From contig CAVPXI010000007.1 in the NCBI GenBank assembly GCA_963709585.1, forward strand, positions 352,001 to 416,000: a DNA stretch of 64,000 nt. The letters run 5' to 3'. The notes beneath the pieces are model-generated. The model saw only the letters and a list, made by a program, of their open reading frames with translations, searched no databases and was not told the DNA's origin. The position numbers and the translations under genes are program-made. How positions within the stretch are numbered: the first letter of the stretch is position 1; each line of letters opens with the position of its first letter. This DNA is from Candidatus Dormiibacterota bacterium (GTDB taxonomy: Bacteria; Chloroflexota; Dormibacteria; Aeolococcales; Aeolococcaceae). Positions 19,984 to 30,000 of this stretch are shown here, one piece after another.

Positions 19984-22117
19984 CTATGCCGCTCCCCGCT
20001 TCGAGCTCACGTAATCGACCAGGACATAGTCCCCAAGCCGATCGGGGCTGATGAAGAATGCGCGACCGCGGTTGAGCCGCGTCATCTGATTGACGAACTG
20101 CACGAGGTGGTGATTCAACTCGAGCATGAATGTGTTGATCACGATGTTCTCCCGCGTGCACCGCTTCACCTCGAGCAACGTCTTGTGAAACGTCTCGGGC
20201 AGCGGCGGATAGAAGAACACCGGACGCCCATTCTCGATATGCGCTGTCGGCTCGCCGTCACTGACGATGATGATCTGTTTGTTCTCCCCCGGATCCCGCG
20301 CGAGCAACCGCCGCGCCAGCATCAACCCATGCTGCATGTTCGTCCCATAGACGTACTCATTCACGGACAGATGCGGCAACGCCGCCGGCTTGATCTCCCG
20401 AGCCAGATCACTGAACCCAATGATGTGCAGCGTGTCTCTGGGATACGCACTCCGTATCAGCGAGTCCAAAGCCAAAGCCACTTTCTTCGCCGCATAGAAG
20501 TACCCACGAAGCGGCATAGACCGACTCATATCGAGCATGAGAACGGTCGCGGATCGGGTCATCGTATCGGAGCGATGCACAACGAAGTCGTCGGGCGAAA
20601 GTCGAGGCACGGCGCGCCGCGAACGACGCTCAGTCGAGGTCGGAGGGGACCCCGGCGGAGGCGGCATATCGAACGTCAGAGTCGCCGGAGCCGGGGTCTC
20701 CTCCGGCCGCCCCGGAGCAGGGGTCTCCCCCTGCCGCAAGTCACGCTGTTCGGCATCGCGCCGTACCGCGTTCATGAGCGTCTCGCGCACGTCGAGATCA
20801 AACACGTCCCCAAATTCGTAAGGCTTCGTGTCCTCTTCGCGTTCTCCGCCCTGTCCATGCCGCGAGACGGGATGGTCCCCAAAGCGATCGCGTCGCAAAC
20901 GGGCGAAGAGGTCACCGAGCGCCTTCTGTCCAATGCGCCGGAGTCCACGCGCGGTGAGACGCATGCCTTCCTCATCGCGTTCGATGAGCCCACGCTGCTC
21001 GAGCTGATCGGTCATGCGCTGGAGCCGGGAGAGGTCGCGCGCGGCGTTGTCACCGAGGACGTCGCGCAACGCTTCCTCGGTCGCGTTGTCGAGCGGGTCA
21101 CCGCGGTACATCCCGCGCAGCCCGCGTTCGAGCTCCTCGATGGATTGAAGGCGATCCATGACGCCCATCGCCTCATCGAACGGGAGCTGCTCGTTGCCGA
21201 AAAACGAGTATCGCTGGCCGAGGTGACGGCGATCGGAGAGCAACTCGAGGCCGCCCATCAGCTCGGCGAGCTGCGCCTGCAGGTCCGGGTCGCCGAACGT
21301 CGCCGAGACCATCTCCTCGAGCTGGTGACGCATCTCGGGTGACAGCGACTGCATGAGCGAGTCCATGCGCGCCATCTGGGCGGCGAGCTGGGCGAGGAAC
21401 TCGTCGAAGGTCGCGGGAGCGTCGGGAAACATCGAGCCCCACTTCTTGAGGAAGTCCTCGTAGTTGTGCTGCAGCTGCGCGTCGGGGACGCCTTCGAGCT
21501 TCTGGCGCACCAGCGAGTTGAGGTCGCGGGCCATCTCGCGCAGCGCGGTGATGTCCTGCTTCGACATCTGGCCCATCTGCTCGGCCATCTGCTTGAAGTA
21601 CGTGTTGACGACGTTCTGCTTGATCTCCTCGAGGAGTTTCTGAAACGCCTGCTCGGCGCGCTGGTCCATGAATTCGTAGCCCTGCAGCTCGCGAATCACC
21701 CCGCCCGGTTCCTGGGGCAGGTTGTCAAGGTGCTCGCGGCGCTTCTTCGCCACACGCTCGAGGATTCGCTGGGCGCTCCCGTCTGTCGCATTCTTGAGCC
21801 GCTCGTCGATTCCCTGGCGTTCGAGGCGGAGCACGTTGTCGAGCTTCTCCTCGATGTCCTTGAAGACGTTGTCGAGGCTGTATCGCTCGAGCTGCTTCTG
21901 ACGCTGCTTGCGGAGTTGCTCCATCAACTCCTCGAGCCCGGCGAACTTGCGCCCGTCGCGATCGCGCCAGCCCTGACTTCAGCAGGCGGCGCAGCGCCGT
22001 CTCGAAATCCCAGCCGTGAAAGACGTCCTCGCTCAGCCTGTCGAAGAGCGCATCGGCGTCATCGCCGAGCGGGTCCTGGCTCCCGTCCCAGACGCTGAAT
22101 CGGTGCTGGCGCGCCAC
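19984..22117 (-). CDS. vWA-domain protein, partner of the adjacent AAA+ ATPase (apparent +1 indel at 21975-21980)
   Basis: N-terminus MARQHRFSVWDGSQ joins ORF 19984..21927; MIDAS DMSRSM, TNMQHGL, SDGEPTAH. Confidence 0.8.
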
Positions 22118-22199
22118 ACGCGACCGAATCCCGCGTGAGCCTTCGCCTATGGATTCGTCTCCCGAGACATCGTGCCCGGGCGGCTCTTCCGATACCCCG

Positions 22200-23600
22200 C
22201 TACCCTCCATAGACCGCGCTGCCCTCGAGTGCGGTCTTGTTGAGGCGCTTGCCGAGATGCAGCCCCTCGAGCACGAATTCGAGCACGGCGACCCGCATCG
22301 CGTCGGTGTCCGGCTCGCCGAGGCGCTGTCGGGCGCGTTCGACGCCGCCGAGCTCGGTGAGTGCCTGCGCGTAATGGGCGACGGTGTGCTGATCTCCGAC
22401 CTCGACAGTGAAGCCACCACGATCGAAGCGCTGCACCAGGTCGCTGAACTCCTGGACGGTGAAGTGCCGGCGGAACACGTTGTTGCAGGCGGTCCGCATC
22501 AGCTTCTCGAGTACCGCGCCGTCATCGCCGTCCTCCCAGGTCTCGAGCTCGATCTTGCCCGCCGTGGAGGATGTCAACGCGGGGAGATCGCTGATCCGCG
22601 CGACCGCCTCGCGCTCCCCGGTCCGCAGCGCGCGGCGCAAAGCGCCGGCGGCGAGGTTCTCGTAGTTCGCGGTCGTGAGCCGGACCGAGACGCCGCTGCG
22701 CTGATTCACCTGCGGATGACGGCGCGCGACGTGCGAAAGCTCGGCGACGATCTCCTGCATGAACCCGGGAACCGTGACCGGGACGGGCATGTCGTCGAAC
22801 GTGGTCCGCTCCTGCTCGGCGATGGCAATCTCGTCGTCGATCGTGCTCGGGTAGTGGGTGCGAACCTGCGCGCCGAAGCGGTCCTTGAGCGGGGTGATGA
22901 TCCGCCCACGATTCGTGTAGTCCTCGGGGTTCGCTGTCGCGACGACGTAGACATCGAGCGGCAGGCGCAGCCGGTAGCCGCGGATCTGCACGTCGCGCTC
23001 CTCGATGATGTTGAGCAGCCCGACCTGGATGCGCTCGGCGAGGTCGGGAAGCTCGTTGATCGCGAAGATGCCTCGGTTGGTGCGCGGGATCAGCCCGTAA
23101 TGGATGGTGAGCTCATCGCTCAGGTAGCGTCCCTCGGCCACCCGGATGGGATCGACCTCGCCGATCAGGTCGGCGATCGACGTGTCAGGGGTTGCGAGCT
23201 TCTCCGAGTACCGCTGCTCGGGGGTGAGCCACGCAAGCTCGGTCGCATCACCGTGCTCGGCCACGAGATCGCGGCAGCGACGGCAGATCGGCTGGTACGG
23301 GTCGTCGTTGATCTCGCACCCCGCGATCGCCGGCACGGCATCGTCGAGGAGCGTGACCAGGGCTCTGATGAGCCGCGACTTCGCCTGCCCGCGCTCTCCG
23401 AGCAGGACCATGTCCTGGCCGGCGAGGATCGCGTTCTCGATCTGCGGGATCACCGAATCGTCGTACCCGCGGATGCCGCTGAACAACTCCTCGTGGTTGC
23501 TGAGCTTTCGGATCAGGTTGCGGCGAAGCTCGGTCCTGACGGGCAGGACGCGGTACTCCGCGCGGCGCAACTCACCGATGGTGGACGGGGCCTGGGACAT
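22200..23600 (-). CDS. Magnesium-chelatase-like AAA+ ATPase (Rv0958-like)
   Basis: LLGERGQAKSRL, EKLATPD, INELPDL, ANPEDYTNRGRIITPLKDRFG. Confidence 0.88.
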   Translation of the reverse strand: MSQAPSTIGELRRAEYRVLPVRTELRRNLIRKLSNHEELFSGIRGYDDSVIPQIENAILAGQDMVLLGERGQAKSRLIRALVTLLDDAVPAIAGCEINDDPYQPICRRCRDLVAEHGDATELAWLTPEQRYSEKLATPDTSIADLIGEVDPIRVAEGRYLSDELTIHYGLIPRTNRGIFAINELPDLAERIQVGLLNIIEERDVQIRGYRLRLPLDVYVVATANPEDYTNRGRIITPLKDRFGAQVRTHYPSTIDDEIAIAEQERTTFDDMPVPVTVPGFMQEIVAELSHVARRHPQVNQRSGVSVRLTTANYENLAAGALRRALRTGEREAVARISDLPALTSSTAGKIELETWEDGDDGAVLEKLMRTACNNVFRRHFTVQEFSDLVQRFDRGGFTVEVGDQHTVAHYAQALTELGGVERARQRLGEPDTDAMRVAVLEFVLEGLHLGKRLNKTALEGSAVYGG

Positions 23601-23612
23601 CGCATCCCAAGC

Positions 23613-25085
23613 CTACACCGGGGCGGCGAATCGACTGCTTTGGCCTGCCAGCGTGGTGTGCCCTCGGCGCTCGAGAGACTCGCGCGCGGCGGCGACGAGG
23701 CGGCCGGCGAGCTCCTGCTCCTGGCCGAAGTGGAGGTGAATGAATGACGCGAGCATGAGCGGGTCGGTCCAGCCCTCGCAGCCGAGTGGCTCGCCGTCGG
23801 AGTCGTGCATCGTGTATGCGGGATTGAGGCAGTCGCCGCCCGACAGCGGGCGGCTGAAGTGGAACTCGTGGCCACGCAGGCGCGTCCCGGCGGGGCCGAG
23901 CATCGATGCTGTGGCGATGCTGAGGTCGCGATATCCGCTGTGCAGGGTGCCGGCCTCCAGGGCGATGTCGATGGGGATCAGGCCGGCCATTGCGTGGGTT
24001 TCGCCGTCGCTGGTTCGCAGCGAGCGGGCGGAGTACTGGAGCCCGGAGCCCTCCGCGTAGACGGGCACGCCGTGCGCGTGCGCGCGCCGGAACAACTCGA
24101 GGAATGACTGGTTGCTCGCGAGTCTCGGCACATACGCCTCGGAGATGCCCCCGCCCAGGTACATGAGGCCGAGGTCGCGCGGCAAGGCAGCGTCCTCGAG
24201 AGGGGAGAACGTGACGATCTCCGCGCCCGCATCCTCGAGCATCTCGAGGTTTTCGGGGTAGTAGAAGCAGAACGCGTCGTCGAAGGCAACGCCGATGCGC
24301 ACGGGCTCCTCGGTGCGCGCAGGGGTGTGGCGGCGCGCCGGCGGCTGCACCGGGTGCGCTCCCTCCATGAGCCGCTCGATGAGGTCGAGATCACAGTGCC
24401 TACTCATCGCGTCACCGAGCGCGGTGATCGCCTCATCCACGTTCGCGTTCTGGAGCAGCGGCAGCAGGCCGGTGCGCAAGTCGGGGATGCGCACCGCCGA
24501 CATGTGCGGGAGCGCGCCGAGCACCGGCATTCTCGCAAGCGACCAGATGGCGTCCTCGATGACGCGACGTCGGTAGTCGTTGGGGACGTTGTTGAGAATC
24601 ACGCCGATCACGGTGCCCGCGCGGTCCAGTTGTTTGATCCCGAGTGCGGCCGCGGCGGCGGTCTCGCCCATCGCCCAGGCGTCGACCACCAGGACGATCG
24701 GCGCCGCGATGATGCGCGCGACCTCGAGCGTGCTCCCCGGAAACTCGGGCGCGCTCGAAGCGGGAGCCTCGGTCACCATGCCGTGGCCGTCGAGCACCCC
24801 CATCGCTCCCTCGACGATCACGCAATCCGCGCCGAGCGCTCCGTGCGCAAGCGAGCGCCGCACGCCCTCGGGTCCGAGCAGCCACGAGTCGAGATTCCGA
24901 CACGGTCTGCGGCTTGCGTGCGCCAGGTACGCGGTGTCGATGAAGTCGGCGCCCACCTTGAAGGTCTGGACGGTGCGGCCACGATCACGGAGCGCGGCGG
25001 TGAAACCCAGGCTGATCGAGGTCTTCCCGGAACCCGAACCCAGGCCACCGACCACGAGCCGAGGAATCCCGACCTCCTCGAGCAT
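23613..25085 (-). CDS. cobB: Cobyrinate a,c-diamide synthase-like protein
   Basis: GSGSGKT, FKVGADFID, RNLDSW, EGAMG, AFCFYYPEN, RGHEFH; GGAGG RBS before ATG 25085. Confidence 0.8.
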   Translation of the reverse strand: MLEEVGIPRLVVGGLGSGSGKTSISLGFTAALRDRGRTVQTFKVGADFIDTAYLAHASRRPCRNLDSWLLGPEGVRRSLAHGALGADCVIVEGAMGVLDGHGMVTEAPASSAPEFPGSTLEVARIIAAPIVLVVDAWAMGETAAAAALGIKQLDRAGTVIGVILNNVPNDYRRRVIEDAIWSLARMPVLGALPHMSAVRIPDLRTGLLPLLQNANVDEAITALGDAMSRHCDLDLIERLMEGAHPVQPPARRHTPARTEEPVRIGVAFDDAFCFYYPENLEMLEDAGAEIVTFSPLEDAALPRDLGLMYLGGGISEAYVPRLASNQSFLELFRRAHAHGVPVYAEGSGLQYSARSLRTSDGETHAMAGLIPIDIALEAGTLHSGYRDLSIATASMLGPAGTRLRGHEFHFSRPLSGGDCLNPAYTMHDSDGEPLGCEGWTDPLMLASFIHLHFGQEQELAGRLVAAARESLERRGHTTLAGQSSRFAAPV

Positions 25086-25358
25086 GCAGTGCCTCCGGAA
25101 TGCGCCCCGCGTACCCTGTCGCCGCCTGGCACGCCAAGGGCTTGGTCTCTCGCTGGCGAGCATGGCGTAAACCGCCCGGCTCGCGCGCTCGACGCTAGCA
25201 CCGGGGGACGGCCGGGGCAAGTGCAAACTTGTAACGAACGTCGACCGGCTACCTCGTGTGCGCCGGGCGGATCAGAGCATTCGTGCCGGAGCGCGCTTGC
25301 CACGCACACTCAAAGACGTGCGCCGCCACAAGGATGGCGACGAAGACGACGGATTCCC

Positions 25359-26003
25359 TTAGATCATCGGCGCAAGCGACAGGTTTGTCAGGCGCGCGAG
25401 TTCGACTGCGTCTGCAAGTGAAAGCAGAAAGGTCCCGGGGTGCCGCTCGATCCACTGCTCACCGGCGCGTTGCGACGCAAAGAAATGTATGAAGTGGCAG
25501 AAGCTCGTGATGACGTCGCCGTCGAACCGACGCTCCGGGCTGAGAAATGAGACGACGACGCTGTCGGGCACCACGCTTTCGACATGGTCGGGCGCAACGC
25601 GAAGTTCGACTGTTTCACCGGTGATCGGGCAGACGCTTCGGACCTCCAGCACCGCGCCGAGACGCGCGGGCAGAAAGAGCGTGTCCCACGCGCACCAGGC
25701 CCAGAGCTTCACGCCGCCGACCATGAGCTCATGGGGCGGCATCTCGTTGACCGTCAAACCCCAGAAGCCGACCACCCGACCTTCCGGGTCACGAAACACG
25801 GCCGGCCACGCGCCGAGCCGCCGGTCGACCTCAGCCGGCGTCGAATCCGCGTCCGCACCGATCTCCTCCATCGACGCCGATAGGCCGTGAGCGAGGACGC
25901 GGTAGGTCGCAATCACGATCCGTTGATCGATCGCGTCCAGGCGCGGCAGCGAACCGCTCAGCGCATCTGCGAGGTTGCGAAGGTCAGTCGTCGTCGCATG
26001 CAT
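25359..26003 (-). CDS. merB: Organomercurial lyase
   Basis: WAWCAWDTLF, CPITG and FCHFIHFF supply the catalytic Cys/Asp/Cys pattern of MerB. Confidence 0.88.
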   Translation of the reverse strand: MHATTTDLRNLADALSGSLPRLDAIDQRIVIATYRVLAHGLSASMEEIGADADSTPAEVDRRLGAWPAVFRDPEGRVVGFWGLTVNEMPPHELMVGGVKLWAWCAWDTLFLPARLGAVLEVRSVCPITGETVELRVAPDHVESVVPDSVVVSFLSPERRFDGDVITSFCHFIHFFASQRAGEQWIERHPGTFLLSLADAVELARLTNLSLAPMI

Positions 26004-26008
26004 GTCGC

Positions 26009-26293
26009 TCACCTCGTCAATGCACCGATAACGCGCTCGCGAGTGGGAAGGTCCAGACGGCACATTGCCCCGTGAACGGCAGCTCGTCCCATCACATCTA
26101 CTCCGCTTACCAGGACGGTTGGCGACGGGTAGTCACCCTCGCGCTCCTGGATCGGCGTGTCGATGGCGAGCTCGGCGAGGCAGCTGCGCAGTAAAGATCG
26201 AGTTTCTTCGACGTGCGGACAACCGGGAATGTGCAGCACTTCGATCAGGGTTGCCGTCGCATGCTGTGGCGCAGCTTCCAGTGCCGAACTCAT
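26009..26293 (-). CDS. Thioredoxin-like mer-associated protein
   Basis: IEVLHIPGCPH..SPTVLVSGVD..CRLDLP. Confidence 0.7.
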   Translation of the reverse strand: MSSALEAAPQHATATLIEVLHIPGCPHVEETRSLLRSCLAELAIDTPIQEREGDYPSPTVLVSGVDVMGRAAVHGAMCRLDLPTRERVIGALTR

Positions 26294-26712
26294 CGGGCTG
26301 TCCTCGGACGAACCGGCCTGGCATCTACCGCGAGGGCCTCGAGCAGCGGGCATTCCCTTTGGTGTCGCGGCTTCTCGCAGGTCGCGACCAGTTGCCGTAG
26401 CGAGCCCTGCATCGCCCGCAGGCTGGCGATCTTTCCCTCGAGTTCCGCCAGCTTTTCGGTCGCGAGGCCGCGAGCTCGGTCACAGTTGGCCGGACCGCCG
26501 GCGGCGAGGTTGAGCAGCGACTCGACCTCGGTGAGGCTGAAGCCCAACTCCTGAGCCCGCTTGACGAAACGGATGATCCCGACCGCGTCAGGTGCGTATT
26601 CGCGGTAGCCGGAAGGGCGTCGAGGGGGCACCTGCAGCAGACCTCGTCGCTCGTAGTACCGCAACGTCTGGATGTTCACGCCTGACTGGCGCGCGACCTG
26701 TCCGGTTCTCAC
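26290..26712 (-). CDS. merR: Hg(II)-responsive MerR regulator
   Basis: TLRYYERRGLL, GYREY, RAQELGFSL and three Cys (NCD, TCE, ECP). Confidence 0.88.
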   Translation of the reverse strand: MRTGQVARQSGVNIQTLRYYERRGLLQVPPRRPSGYREYAPDAVGIIRFVKRAQELGFSLTEVESLLNLAAGGPANCDRARGLATEKLAELEGKIASLRAMQGSLRQLVATCEKPRHQRECPLLEALAVDARPVRPRTAR

Positions 26713-26719
26713 AAGATCC

Positions 26720-26751
26720 AGCCTAAACCCTGTACCGAGGTACCGAGTCAA
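26720..26751 (-). promoter_or_regulatory. MerR operator/promoter
   Basis: TTGACT-N20-TAGGCT containing GTAC-N4-GTAC as in mer operators; -10 ends 7 nt before the GTG, so the transcript is probably leaderless. Confidence 0.8.
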
Positions 26752-26888
26752 GCAAAACGACGCCAGGGTTCGACCAAAGCAACCGCGGGCTCATCAAGCC
26801 GCCCCATCCCCTTTACTGACCCCTGTACAGTCGCAACCACCGTTCGCCGGGGGACGGCAAGCGATGGCGGGACTTGTGGAGGAGCGAG

Positions 26889-27512
26889 GTGGCCGGAAAC
26901 CAATGGCCGCTCATACGTGCTGAGCGGGTAGCCCTGATCGCAGATCTCGAGAACGTGACCGATGCGCAGTGGTCGACGCAATCGCTGGCTTCTGCTTGGA
27001 CCGTTCGCGACGTGCTTGCGCACATGACCTCCACGGCGAAAATGACCCCGGGGCGATTCTTCGGCAAGATGGCCGGTGCTGGGTTTCGGTTCAACGCGAT
27101 GAGCGACCAGGGCGTCAAGGACGAGCTCGGCGCGACGCCCGCGGACACGCTCGCAGGTTTCAAGGCGGTGGTCGATCGCACCACCGCGCCGCCAGGTCCA
27201 GTCGACGCGATGGTCGCCGAGGCCGTCATTCACACGCAGGACATCCGCCGGCCGCTCGGGATCGCCCACACCTTCCAGCCCGCGGCGCTGACGCTGGTCG
27301 GCGACTTCGTCATTCGCGGCAACCTGTTGCTGGGCGGTAAGCGCCGGGCGACCGGTCTAACGCTCACCGCGACCGATGTCGACTGGACCCGGGGCGCGGG
27401 GCCCGAGGTGAACGGACCGCTCGCCTCGATCATCCTGGCGCTCACCGGACGCAGGGTGGCGCTCGCGGACCTGGGTGGCGACGGGCTCGCGACCCTGACC
27501 GGAAGGATCTAA
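26889..27512 (+). CDS. MDMPI family protein
   Basis: AERVALIADL..WTVRDVLAHM..EAVIHTQDIRRPLG. Confidence 0.85.
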   Translation: MAGNQWPLIRAERVALIADLENVTDAQWSTQSLASAWTVRDVLAHMTSTAKMTPGRFFGKMAGAGFRFNAMSDQGVKDELGATPADTLAGFKAVVDRTTAPPGPVDAMVAEAVIHTQDIRRPLGIAHTFQPAALTLVGDFVIRGNLLLGGKRRATGLTLTATDVDWTRGAGPEVNGPLASIILALTGRRVALADLGGDGLATLTGRI

Positions 27513-29245
27513 CCGGCTGCGGCGGTCACCGCTCCAGCCACCGGCTGGCCGCTGAGCGTCACCGCCTGGGCGGGGCGCAGGTCACGCAAGCGAGCGCGGA
27601 CACGCTGCATGCCCTGGAAGCTGTCGAGCTCGAGCGCGAAGCAGGCGTCAACGAGCCTGCCCCTGGGCAGGTGGTCGGCGAGATTCGGTTTGTTGAAGGC
27701 GATCGCCTCGACGATGCCCGACCCGGTGGCGAGCGCGACCCTGACGTGCTGGCCGTCCGATCCGAAGGTCGACGTGCCGAGCACCCGGGCGCCGCGGACA
27801 GCGAGCAACGGCGCGGGGTTGCCCTGCCCGCTCGGCTCGAGTTGATCGAGCGCGTGGCACAGCTCGGGGGTCACGTCGATGCCCGAGATCTCACAGTCGA
27901 TGACGAAGTCGCGGCGGCGCTCGACACCCACGTTCTGCTCTCCAACCGATGCGGCGATGATGTCGCGGAACTCGTCGAAGCGTGAGGCCTCGAGGCTGAA
28001 ACCTGCCGCCGCCGCATGGCCGCCATAGCGGAGCAGCGAGGTGGCGGCCCCGTCGAGCGCTTTGACGATATGGACGCCTCCCGCGGAGCGCGCCGAGCCC
28101 TTGGCCTCGACGGGGTCGAGGCAGGCGATGAACGTGGGCCGCGCATAGCGTTCGGCAAGCCTCCCGGCAACGAGCCCGACGATGCCCATCGGCCACCCGG
28201 GGTCGCCGAGCACGATCGCCGGCGCGTCCTCGGCGATGTCGGCAACCTGTTCCTCGGCCTGAGCGAGGGCGACGGCGACCGCCTGCTGGCGCAGCCGGTT
28301 CTGGGTGTCGAGGTCGGCGGCGAGCCGCGTCGCCTCGTCGGGATCATCACAGAGGCAGAGTTCGAGCGCCAGGCGCGCGTCCTCCATCCGGCCCGCGGCG
28401 TTGATCCGCGGTCCCACCGCGAACGCGATATCCGTTCCTCGCGGGGGCGGGGCGATCCCCGCGACCTCGCAGAGCGCGCGAAGCCCGGGCAGATCGGCGA
28501 TCCGTGCCAGGCCATCGCGGACGATCACGCGGTTCTCGCCGCGCAGCGGCATCATGTCGGCGATCGTCCCGAGCGCGGCGAGCCCCAGTGACGCCTCGGT
28601 GCTGCCGGCAGGCACGACGCTGCGCAACTCCAACGCCTGGACGAGCTTGAACGCGACCCCGGCGCCGGCGAGCCCGTCGAACGCGTACTTCGAGCCCGGG
28701 AGCTTGGGGTTGACGAGCGCGTCGGCTGCAGCGAGTTGCGGCGGCGAGCCCCCGGGAGCGAGCGCCAGGTGATGGTCGGTGACCACCAGGCGCATGCTCG
28801 CGGGCCGGCCAAGCGCCGCGTCGACGCTGCTGGTGCCGCAGTCCACGGTGATCACGCATCGAGCGCCGCGCTCCGCCAGCTCGGTGAGCGCGGCTGCATG
28901 AAGCCCGTATCCCTCGGTCATGCGGTTGGGGATGTAGGGAATGACCGTCGCACCCGCCGCGCGCAGGCAGCGTGTGAGCATCGCGCAGGCGGTCACCCCG
29001 TCGGCGTCGTAGTCACCGTAGATGGCGATCGCGCCGCCTTCGTCGATGGTCGCCCGGATCGCAGCGACCGCCGGCTCCATCGCCGGCAGCCCGAACGGAT
29101 CGTGGTATCCCCCGCTGACGTCGAGGAAGGCGGTTGCGGCGTCGAGGTCGAAGCCGCGCGCCGCCAGGACCTGCCCGACCACCGGGTGCAGCCCGGCCAG
29201 CGGCTCGGCGTCGCTCAACCGCCAGCGACGCGGCGCCGGCTGCAC
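27509..29245 (-). CDS. recJ: ssDNA-specific exonuclease RecJ
   Basis: YGDYDADG, EGYGL, TVDCG, TDHH, PRINAAGR, KGSARS, GGHAAAAG. Confidence 0.93.
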   Translation of the reverse strand: MQPAPRRWRLSDAEPLAGLHPVVGQVLAARGFDLDAATAFLDVSGGYHDPFGLPAMEPAVAAIRATIDEGGAIAIYGDYDADGVTACAMLTRCLRAAGATVIPYIPNRMTEGYGLHAAALTELAERGARCVITVDCGTSSVDAALGRPASMRLVVTDHHLALAPGGSPPQLAAADALVNPKLPGSKYAFDGLAGAGVAFKLVQALELRSVVPAGSTEASLGLAALGTIADMMPLRGENRVIVRDGLARIADLPGLRALCEVAGIAPPPRGTDIAFAVGPRINAAGRMEDARLALELCLCDDPDEATRLAADLDTQNRLRQQAVAVALAQAEEQVADIAEDAPAIVLGDPGWPMGIVGLVAGRLAERYARPTFIACLDPVEAKGSARSAGGVHIVKALDGAATSLLRYGGHAAAAGFSLEASRFDEFRDIIAASVGEQNVGVERRRDFVIDCEISGIDVTPELCHALDQLEPSGQGNPAPLLAVRGARVLGTSTFGSDGQHVRVALATGSGIVEAIAFNKPNLADHLPRGRLVDACFALELDSFQGMQRVRARLRDLRPAQAVTLSGQPVAGAVTAAAG

Positions 29246-29255
29246 CGGCGAGCCC

Positions 29256-29918
29256 TCAGGCGCCCGAGACGGGAGGCGCCGGCGGCGATCCCGGCGCAGC
29301 CGAGGGCGCAGGCGCAGCCCCAGAGCCCTGCCCATACGTCGCGTTGGTGATCGCGCTGAAATCGACCTTCGGCGGCTCAGCGACCACCGCGCGCTGCGCA
29401 GCGTCGATCTGGAAGAACTCGGCGTTCTGGAAATGGAACATGTTGGCGATCACGTTCGACGGGAAGGACTGGATCCGGCGGTTGAACTGCTGGACGTTGG
29501 CGTTGTAGATCTGCCGCGAGGCCTGGATGCGGTCCTCGGTGTCGGACAGCGTCGCCTGGAGCTGGAGGAAGTTCTGGTTGGCCTTCAGCTCCGGGTAGTT
29601 CTCCGCCACCGCGAAGAGGTGACCGAGGGCCATCTGGAACGGGCCTTCGGCGGCGGCCGCGGCGGCCGGTCCCTGGGCCTGCAACCCGACCGAGCGCGCC
29701 TGGGCAACTTCCTCGAAGACCCCTCGCTCGTGGGCGGCATAGCCCTGCACCGTCGAGACGAGGTTGGGGATGAGGTCGTAGCGACGCTTGAGCTCGGTGT
29801 CGATGTCGGCCCAGGCGTTCTGCACCGCGTTGCGCTGAGAGACGAACCGGTTGTACGAGGCCACCGCGGCCAGCGCGATGACCACGATGATGACGAGGAC
29901 CACGATGAGGGCAATCAC
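29256..29918 (-). CDS. lemA: LemA family protein
   Basis: LKRRYDLIPNLV, ENYPELKANQNF. Confidence 0.92.
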   Translation of the reverse strand: MIALIVVLVIIVVIALAAVASYNRFVSQRNAVQNAWADIDTELKRRYDLIPNLVSTVQGYAAHERGVFEEVAQARSVGLQAQGPAAAAAAEGPFQMALGHLFAVAENYPELKANQNFLQLQATLSDTEDRIQASRQIYNANVQQFNRRIQSFPSNVIANMFHFQNAEFFQIDAAQRAVVAEPPKVDFSAITNATYGQGSGAAPAPSAAPGSPPAPPVSGA

Positions 29919-30000
29919 GAGCGTCTCCTTGGGAGCGGGGGATCGGGTGCGGGTCTAGAGTACCGCGCCGGAAGTGACGACCAAACGCCTGCGCCGGAGA

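Noticed and set aside
25086-25358. Cobalamin riboswitch upstream of the cobB-like gene
   Set aside because: I could not find the B12-box or other conserved core elements by eye; an Infernal scan with RF00174 would settle it.
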